Of a stretch of DNA of 20,000 nucleotides, positions 11,286-20,000 are shown in pieces. The notes beneath the pieces are model-generated. The model did not search any database. It saw only the letters and a list, made by a program, of their open reading frames with translations, and was not told the DNA's origin. The stretch comes from Catajapyx aquilonaris (lineage: Eukaryota). Location: NCBI GenBank assembly GCA_000934665.2, contig KZ538337.1, forward strand, positions 61,634 through 81,633, read 5' to 3'. Within the stretch, counting starts at the first letter, position 1. The number at the start of each line of letters is the position of its first letter. The position numbers and the translations under genes were made by a program.

Positions 11286-12408
11286 TTAACTATAATGACA
11301 GATTATCACATAAGTTCAGTAAAAATATTCAAAAATTGATGGGAAAATATGAAACTGAGACATAATAAAAGGAATCAATTTTGGTTGAAATACGTATAAC
11401 AACCGTAATTTTTTTGGAAGTTACCATCTTCAATATGTCCCATTAGGAAGTTTTGAACAACGTCATTGCATAAACTTTGCACCAAAATGATTATCCTGCA
11501 CTTCAGGCGCTGTATAAATGTTAGCCTATCAAGGACAGTCGGCAAGTTTGAACTGGTCGGCAGCTGATGGATCATTCACGCCAGACCAGGTGGAAAGGAA
11601 GGATAAAGCGCATCCCCTTATCTAAGTAACGTGAATAATCAATCTGCTTGATCCACGCGCCTATTCAAAACATCTATTTACACTAACTGTATGGACTTTT
11701 TCATCCAACTTCAACAGTCAAGCCAAATACTTTGAATGTGTCAACTTGATGGGATGAAAGGTAGTTTGTAACATTACAGGGTGGTACGCTACCCAAAATG
11801 TCAAATTTTCAAGGAAAAAAATTATGAACAGTTCATCCTGGCATGTGACTGTGTCTCTGATTGTTGCTTCTAACATTAAACTGGTTGCTGGAATGAACAA
11901 GCTAGGGAATTGGGCCATACATCATTACATGCAGAATTCAAGTGAGGAGCGACAGACCACTTTGATCATGGCAGCCAATGACAACATTGAGTTCCGGGCA
12001 TGCATTCCTAAACAGGATTATATCCCATCATGATGCTAATGGCTACTAGAGCCATCTGCACCTTTTGACCGGCTTTCGTGCCAGCCTGGTGCCTAACTTG
12101 GGGAATTATGATCTCCCCAAACTCTGGGCTACAAGGCTCTCATACTCTATTTGCAGTTATACAGCACCTAGTGAGGTGAGCCTGAATTATTCATCATTTT
12201 GGCATGGAAAAATGGCAGGCACTGCATCAGGGTGAGTTAAAAAGTGCTATAGCTGACCGTTATTATTTAACAGGTCGGTTATAAATATAAAATGGAGATA
12301 ATAGCTCTTGAAACACGTTAGTCTACAGTGCACTCTCATCGTAATGCAGTTTAATGAACACTCACTTGTAATCAGGTTGAGCATCCCTCCCCCCAGGCAC
12401 ATGTTGAA

Positions 12409-12467
<59 letters not shown>

Positions 12468-12477
12468 CATCATCATC
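12409..12477. repeat. Compound microsatellite (ATT)19(ATC)4
   Basis: Direct reading; the last ATC overlaps the A|TC start of Helitron copy 2. Confidence 0.97.
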
Positions 12478-12870
12478 TGCATTATTAAAAGCTGACTGTT
12501 CCCACCACTCCTCCCGCGCCGCACAGCCTACAGCTTTGGGAGTTGTGTCAAAATTTTGCCTGTGTTTTCTACATGTGAAATAAACTTTTGTTTTTTTGAA
12601 AAAAGTGCCCAGGGACTTTGTACAAGTAAATCTCAAAAAGCTTTAAAAACTCAAACAAGCCGACCGCGGCCTTTCCACGGAATTCCCATTTCCGCCGTTC
12701 CGGGCGCGGGGCGCCACCTCCTGGGTGGCGACTCGCCTACTTCTGCACTTCACCATCTTACTTCGGCACTTCACCGTCGGATGTCGCTGCCTGGTCCGCG
12801 TCTCTCTCTCTCTCTCCACTTTCGCAATTTTGCCAAATTTTGTGCCAAATTTTGGCAAGTTGGTGACTAG
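12476..12870 (+). mobile_element. Non-autonomous Helitron, copy 2 (395 bp)
   Basis: A|TCTGCATTATTAAAA 5' end and CTAG|T 3' end (12867-12871). Palindrome TGCCAAATTTTGGCA at 12843-12857. Shares identical 26-bp (12673-12698 = 11134-11159) and 16-bp (12773-12788 = 11209-11224) blocks with copy 1. Confidence 0.82.
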
Positions 12871-14008
12871 TAATGTTATTATGTTGGGTACATTTTAATT
12901 AAGGGTAGCCTATAAAGGCAGTAACTGCAAATATCAGCACAATGCTCCCAAAAAGTGGCATGAGTGCGAGGGTCGTTTTTATTATTTTTTTATCAAGGCG
13001 CACTTACATCCGATTCGGCAGTTAGGCCCGGGAAAGGATCGGCTTTTCCAGACGATTCGTGCCAAGCATGCTAGATGACCTAGTCCAAGTAGCCAAACAT
13101 GTGGTGGAGGGAGACGAAAGCGGACCAACCGGTGTCCTACGTGACCATGGATAAGTATGTTCTCTTTTTTTAATACATATACCCCCCCCCCCCCCCTTCT
13201 CCTTCACAGTTACCAGACTGAGAATTGAAGAAGTGGATAACGCAACTTGCTTACAATAGAAATTGTGTCATCTATACATTTTCTCATAAGCTCGTTTTTA
13301 AGGAGTTAGGCTGAATATTATTTTTTTGGTGCTCAAAATTTAACCTGGAAGTCAGTGCCCATCTTTTCCATGTACAGTCGAATCTATCGACACTTAACTC
13401 CACCAAAAGTCGAATCAGTCACAATGAAAATAATTCCGCCCTGCCACATCTACAGCCATTATTGAAGGGCTTGAGTAGTGAATGATGCCAGCTGCCTCTA
13501 CTACAGGAGTTGCTCTCCAGCTCTGAATAGCTCTAAATGGAATCTCCAGTTGAGAAATATCCTACTTGAAAACTCATCGGTCTCCAGCCTTTTATCGACA
13601 GCACTTTCCCAATACGTTCCTTCCCCCCCCCCATGCCCTACCCCCTCCAAATCTCACAATCCCCCACGTTCTATACATAAATCGTTCTGATTCGAACTGA
13701 AATTGTCGAATTTAATCACAAAGTATACGTATATGCCCCCACCCAGTGCAGATGGAAATGTTCGATTGTCATAATTGCACCGGCGGCATTGTTATCGGAT
13801 TGAACGTGTACAGCTTCAGATTGGGCAGAGGTACCCAATATTTGCACAGTTTTTTTTAAAATAGGCTGGTGTTGATGAGCTTTGCCATACGCAAAGGCCA
13901 CTGGTGCAATTTTATATTCCACCTAGACTAGAGGCTTGTGATACTCAAAATTTTACGTCCAGAATTGACGTGGTACAGATATTTTCGATATATCCAAATT
14001 GTGCATTA

Positions 14009-14272
14009 CAGGGTGTCAATCCTAAGCGTGTCACCAGAAAAGTTGGTGGGAGAGGGCGCAGGTGTGGGCATTTTTGCATAAGGAACTAGGGGTCGGAAAC
14101 GCACCCTCACCGAGTCACTCCGCCGCGTGTCGCACGCCTCTTGCATACTGCCTGCCGCAAACTTGAAAGGGGCGTAACTCGGTGAGGGTGCGTTTCCGAC
14201 CCCTAGTTCCTTATGCAAAAATGCTCACACCTGCGCCCTCTACCGCACCATCTTTTCTGGTGACACGCCCTG
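14009..14272. mobile_element. Tc1/mariner-type palindromic MITE, 264 bp
   Basis: TA|CAGGG...CCCTG|TA ends (TA at 14007-14008 and 14273-14274). Near-perfect ~90-bp inverted arms (about 14026-14115 vs 14177-14268), e.g. GCATTTTTGCATAAGGAACTAGGGGTCGGAAACGCACCCTCACCGAGT and its reverse complement. Confidence 0.88.
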
Positions 14273-14599
14273 TATATCGATATTTTATACAGCAAAATGG
14301 TATCTCCGGTTTTAAACACTTTCAATATAAGTTAGTCCGATAAAATAGTTCATCTCAGCTATGCTACAGAATAGCCTAAAGAAAATCTCTTATCTTCCTC
14401 CTTAAATTAAAACCCTTCACAAATTTCAAGTACCTACACCACTGCATACTAATTTTCGTTATCCACATTTAGGAAAAGCCCAAACCCGATTTTTTTCTTA
14501 AAGTAATTATTTTCGCCGTCCACTCCAGCCTACAAATATCGATCAAGCAGTCAAAATATCGAAAAATCGACCATCCCCTACTTCCATCCCCCCCCCCCC

Positions 14600-14758
14600 N
14601 NNNNNNNNNNNNNNNNNNNNNNNNNNNNNNNNNNNNNNNNNNNNNNNNNNNNNNNNNNNNNNNNNNNNNNNNNNNNNNNNNNNNNNNNNNNNNNNNNNNN
14701 NNNNNNNNNNNNNNNNNNNNNNNNNNNNNNNNNNNNNNNNNNNNNNNNNNNNNNNNNN
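14600..14758. other. Assembly gap (159 N) flanked by poly-C on both sides
   Basis: Run of N between C homopolymers. A smaller gap at 19412-19415 also lies within poly-C, and there is a single N at 19785. Confidence 0.99.
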
Positions 14759-15930
14759 CCCCCCCCCCCCCCCTCTCCCCTCTCCCCACCCTTTTTTTTT
14801 CCTCCTTCCCCCAGAGACCCTTCCTGTGCCTTATCTCACCTGTTCAGGGCAAGAATGCTTTCCACTGGCATTTCAAATGAACCTAGCCTTTTTTTTTACC
14901 TCCTTTCAGATTCCCAACCTTCCTTCGGTACAAAACATCTAGTCGAGGACGTCAACTGGCTAAAGGAAAAAAAAAAAAAAAAATAGTGGGCTTGAGAATG
15001 ATGATGACTTGAGAAGGCCCATTTGCCCCACAGATGTGGTGCCGGGGACTATAGTTTGTGATGCTGTAGGGGGATGGAGGCGATGACACATTAGGACGAC
15101 GTCGTTCGTATTTCCACTTACATTAGGCAGGAATGGATGGTGAGAAATTTTTTTTTCAACTTCTACCAGGCTATAGTTGCAGTCGTGTTAATCAGTGAGG
15201 GAATTCTTGGTCTGACATGTTTGAACTCCGATAACATTTATGTTCAGGTTATGTTTAAATACTAATTTGGACCATAAAGCAAAATTCTTTGTAATCCTGA
15301 TTCTGAGTGCAAATGCATGGAGTAATCCTCTTACATTCGTGGAATGAGCCATCCCATCAAATTTATTCAAGCATAATATCCTTAAAGACTGCTATGTCAC
15401 ATTGCAGCGAATTGGTAAATTCAGGTGTGGCACCGGGTATTATGAAACGTTATGTAACATCCCTTTTGTGAGTTCATCTCTCTTGTTCAATATTGCAGAT
15501 TCCATCTAGGGCAGTCTAATCCTAGTGTTTGAACTGTCCGACTCCATTCATCGAGGATACCGATGGTGTAACTAACCATCGAAAATAACTCTTACATCAC
15601 TTGTTCGCCAATATTTTTTTTCACCACCGTCTGTACACACCCATCCTACCTTTTTTATCTTCCGGGTCACTCTAGCTTCATTCTAACCCGGAATGACAGC
15701 TCTTTTTACACCGGTGGTCAGGTGACCGGAACATTCCAGACGGTGATGTCAGGCCTATTGTCTTGTCCACCTCTCAATTATTGGGGCGTCCATAGCTTTT
15801 TTTTTGTGTACCAATCAGGATTTGAATTCGGACAGTACCGTACCTCTTGATGAGGTCAGACTCACAAAATAAATGTGACTCAAAATGTTCGCATCCACTA
15901 AGGATCAAAAAAAGAACGAATCAATCGATC

Positions 15931-16005
15931 ACTCACGCATCGTTGATTTGCTGAACAGAAGTCAGGAGCTACTTACCTGAAACAAAACCAAAAACACGCA
16001 ATTAG
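15931..16005 (-). other. Candidate recursive splice site (ratchet point) with 40-nt cryptic RS-exon
   Basis: Minus strand reads CTAAT (branch, 16005-16001), TGCGTGTTTTTGGTTTTGTTT, CAG|GTAAGT (junction between 15977 and 15976), then a second donor GC|GTGAGT at 15936-15931. Confidence 0.65.
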
Positions 16006-16064
16006 TTGAGGGTCAGCGACGACATTCTTTTAAAACCAATACAATTATGCCTGGTCCTTTCCTA

Positions 16065-16251
16065 CACTCTTAACCATTTACCTTCTCTAGAGAGGGTAAG
16101 AAAGTGGCCATTTTTTTACCTTACATTGTAGGGTAAATATTCTTGGGTAAATTGATTCTAAGGTAAATTTTGCATGTATTACCTTAGAAAATAGAGGGTA
16201 AAAAATGGCCTCTTTCTTACCCTCTTTACAGAAGGTAAATGGTTAAGAGTG
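16065..16251. mobile_element. CACTA/EnSpm-like MITE, 187 bp
   Basis: About 56-bp TIRs (first 22 bp perfect: CACTCTTAACCATTTACCTTCT). TA flanks at 16063-16064 and 16252-16253. About 10 copies of a TTACC/GGTAA motif in both orientations, resembling CACTA subterminal repeats. The superfamily call is inferred from the CACT terminus and 2-bp TSD. Confidence 0.82.
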
Positions 16252-17126
16252 TAGGTTGGAAATTCGGGGAAATTCCAAATGTCGGATTTAGTTAAATCTG
16301 GACCATTGCTTCTATATAAGTTCCTCATGATTATTTTACCATTTATAGCGTCCGGTATAGTTCAGTCAGGGTGAATAGGATGGAGAATTATGTTCTCTAG
16401 AGAGATGGGATTCGACCATGGATAGAAGCAGCTGCCGGTACAGGTATGTTTGTTTCTGTTCGATAGACATGCTTGGTTCCAGGGCTCAAAATGAGGTTTT
16501 AAAATAGGCAAATGAGGGCTTTATTCAGCGCAAATTCCCTGTTCCCTTAGGCCTAATAAATATTAGGCTTCGAGTCAAAATGGACTCATCATTATATCGA
16601 CTGGCATTTAAATTCAGTTTTCAGAAGGATTGGTTCACAATGTTGTGGTAGAATGGCTGGGTTTTGTGATAACCGAACTGTCAGTCATTATATAAATAAT
16701 ATTATTGGTACATTATTTTCAGGCGTGTTTGCACAAGGTGTTTCATAATGATTTAGACAAATTTATAGAGTGAATTGCTGGAAACTATAGAGTTGTCATT
16801 TATTGCGGCCTATACTACAAATAATGGGTATGAAATACAATGGCTGTGCTGCCTTTTAATTTTAATACAAGTGTTACTTAAAGTTAAATTGCAATCTCAT
16901 TCAAGTGTATAGCCAGGAGTCTACGAGGCAATGGAACTCTCTCATAGGTCTCATATCTCATAGGTTAACGTTAGTTTATTCGCCTCACAGGAAATGCACT
17001 CTTTGAGTCGTGCTAATTACTTGAGTAATGAGCATGCGGAGAACATATGACCCCCAGGTGCCCAAAATTTCACTCTACAGGTTCGTCTGAATCATTATGA
17101 AAATCCCTGCATTTATTTGGTTGTTA

Positions 17127-17343
17127 CCGCAGGAATTTGTCCGGTGGGGCGCGGCCGGATCGAATAAAATATCTCCTCAATTATTACATATTTTTCTGGT
17201 TTTATTTTTGTAAGCTATATCTCTGATATACACCTCGGGACATGTTTTTAATTAACTGAATATGTTTGAGTTATGAGCACTCTTATGACAAAAACCTCGC
17301 TCCCGGCCGTGTCCGAATGGACACAAAATGGACAAATTCCTGG
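17127..17343. mobile_element. Probable TA-flanked MITE, ~217 bp
   Basis: Perfect 13-bp inverted repeat CAGGAATTTGTCC (17130-17142) / GGACAAATTCCTG (17330-17342), extendable to GTTACC/GGTAAC with a 2-nt indel. Inner CGGCCGG/CCGGCCG match. TA at 17125-17126 and 17344-17345. Confidence 0.6.
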
Positions 17344-18898
17344 TAACGTTCATATTGATATATTTTAAATGCAAAGCCTGCAGACTCATTGTGATAAATG
17401 TTATAATCATATGATTATGGCAGGTTTTGTACACACATTTGCTTGGAGAGCAAACTTATGCAAAATGTTTACCTCGAAAATGACAGCTTTTAAAACAGTC
17501 TACAATAAGCACAACACATGCCACCACATTTGCGTAGTAATATTCATTTGATATGTTACCAACTGAAAGGTGCAGCAACAATTGTCACCATCGCAGTCAG
17601 CACCACTATTACATCTGTGACATCATTAACCAACTGCTGCTCTTTGGACGATCCAAACCATTATGAATAGTCTATCAGTATACAAATGGTAATCTACTGA
17701 CTTCCCACCCACACTGCAGATCAATATCATTCCTCATTCATTCATTCATTCATGACTGCTCCTGAAAGATAATCGCAAGCATATGCTCGATAATACTCGA
17801 ACTTTGACCCACATTGCGCAGGCGTCGGGGTCAGAATTTTCATTCCGGTTGATTAGACGGGGGCGCATAGCCCTGCAAAAATAGGGCCAGTGCCTTTTGC
17901 GAAACGCACGGTAGCGCAAAAATTAAGTGCAGCTGTTCAGCCTTCTTTTTTTAAAAGCAAGATGCGGCCTCAGACGCTCAAAGTAGGCTAAAGGCGCCTC
18001 CACGTAATATGCATTCAAGAGCCCTTCTCAAGAAGGAAAAAAAAAGTCCCTCCCAAAAAAAAGGAAGGTGAGTTATGCCCAGATGCTTAAGACGTGCAAG
18101 TGAAGTAGCAGAATGGCACCGACTCTTGGGATTTAATTTGAAGCTAGCTCGGTATTTAGCAAGCAAACACATTCAGACCTTCTCCTTAGTTGAATTCATT
18201 TCGCGAACCCCCTATATTCATTGGCAGAGTTGGCTGGGACACGCCCCATAATTTCCTTCCCATATAGGGACCTCGTGCTGGTGACCCTTAGACAGAAACT
18301 AACTCGGATTATTACCTTTGTGGATCCCCTGGCGTCTCTTTCCTATGATTTCCCAGTGTGAAAGCAGAGGATTTTGGGTTTCTCACAGTGGAGGAAAATC
18401 AATCCCTAGAGACAAGGGGGGGGGGGGGGGTTCATAATTTGAAGGTGTGGAAAATCCACCTCAACCATGGCAGACTTGTTTTTCCTCTGGGGACATCCAG
18501 GTCGTTTTGTTACTGCAATTCCACTGCTTAGCGACAATGCTCATTTGCTTGGGGGTCATTATGTAACGTTTGGCGTCCTCAAGAAGCACGTTCAACCACC
18601 CCCTTTGACCTTTTTTTTTGCTGCTCGAATTTGTACTTTTGGACCTACATAAGGCGCAAAAGAACTTTGCGAAATGATCGCCAACAACCAATAGGAATCA
18701 CTGGTCCTGATTTGACCTACCATACCTCCAATATCCTTCACTCACATTCATAGCTCAAGTTCTGAGTTTGATTCCTGAGTCAGGTTCTCATATAAAAAAT
18801 AAAGCTATTAAAATTTTACTGTATATACGTAAAGTACAAAGTTTGTACTGTATATGTTTGTCCCACCAGCCTAACCCACTTTCACACTACTTAGAGTA

Positions 18899-19184
18899 CA
18901 ATGCTGGACATTAATTCCGTCATAGTACTACTAGCGACATTTTCCGATGCGGCAGACGTGCAAATCGACGTGACAGAGTGCGAGTCGCGCTAGTAAGATA
19001 TGGTAGCCCTTGGGTGACGTCACTGGCTGGGGACAAGCCTTTTCTCCATTGCACTCCAGCCGGTGACGTCACTCAAGGCCTACCTCTTCTTACTCGCACG
19101 GCGCACACTCTCTCACTTCGATTTGCACTTCTGCCACATCAGAAAATGTCGCAAGCAGTACGACGCGATTAATGTCCAACACTG
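18899..19184. mobile_element. Tc1-like fold-back MITE, 286 bp
   Basis: TA|CAATGCTGGACATTAAT ... ATTAATGTCCAACACTG|TA (TA at 18897-18898 and 19185-19186). Degenerate inverted symmetry runs almost to the centre (GCGACATTTT/AAAATGTCGC, GTGCAAATCGA/TCGATTTGCAC). Confidence 0.82.
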
Positions 19185-20000
19185 TACCGGTACCGGTACT
19201 GAACCTTGGCTTACACGCTGATTCGGGGAAAAGTCCGAAATCCAAACTTTTTAAAGCCTAACTACCCAAAATTAGGAATTTTTCAGCTATATTAATAATT
19301 CGCTAATGAACAAATCCTGAAATTATATAAATTCTCCTATAAAGAGGTTATTGACCTATCGCAAATTATCCTACAGTTTCGCATCACCGCAGCTTCGTAT
19401 TAACCCCCCCCNNNNCCCCCCCCCCCCCCCAAATCAAATTATCCTCAACTTTTTGTTCCCAGATTGACCGCACAACACTGACTGTTCGCAACACAGCCCG
19501 CAAACTTCCAGCAATTTGATCAAGTTAGTATCATATACCGTACGCCAACTGCCGCCCACACCCTGAAACCAAACTACCAAACAGTTTGACAATACGTTGA
19601 CATTTTCCTAGCCCGAAATCCTAGATCCGAAATGTCGGCTGACTTGAAGAGATCCCAAGAGCATCACAACACTTGGTCTGGACTGGGATAAGCAACAAAA
19701 GGGGGTAGAAACTACACACGTGTCCGAGACTAAAAAGGCGCTCTTGTTATCAAAGTTTAGGGGCAGAGGGGGTTCTGTGTCCCCNCTCTATCCCAACCCT
19801 CGACCCAAAACCATCACAAAAATGAATCCTCTAGGACCTTATCAAGTTGTAAAGCACGGCAGCGGTGTGCTTCCCCCATCTTTTTTGGGCAGGCCCTCCA
19901 CCAAAATGAACAATGCGACACAGGATCTCACTCCCCTTTATCACTATTATCAGGCAACAATCCCAAAAAAGGGGGTACTTCCCTGCCCTAGAGGGATGCG

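Noticed and set aside
13002..13156. Possible small exon (minus-strand GTAAGT donor at 13007-13002; plus-strand frame RFVPSMLDDLVQVAKHVVEGDESGPTGVLRDHG)
   Set aside because: No convincing acceptor/donor pair on either strand and no recognisable homology; RNA-seq or BLASTX would be needed.
14885..14909. Plus-strand acceptor-like tracts (also near 4179, 12156, 15498)
   Set aside because: None is paired with a good donor and an open frame; such tracts are common in AT-rich non-coding DNA.

Overview
Non-coding eukaryotic (probably invertebrate animal) genomic DNA, AT-rich, with microsatellites, G/C homopolymers and assembly gaps. I cannot support any protein-coding gene; the ORF-track entries are short or derive from repeats. 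The window holds many short non-autonomous transposons: a TTAA-flanked Kolobok-like MITE, three or four TA-flanked Tc1/mariner-like MITEs, a CACTA-like MITE, a hAT-like MITE, a tRNA-derived SINE and two related non-autonomous Helitrons. The most notable non-TE signal is on the minus strand at about 15931-16005. There a branch point, a pyrimidine tract and CAG run directly into GTAAGT, followed by a 40-nt cryptic exon with stops in all three frames and a second donor (GTGAGT). This is the architecture of a recursive splice site and suggests the window lies in a very long intron of a minus-strand gene. All family assignments rest on terminal and TSD signatures read by eye, not on database searches.
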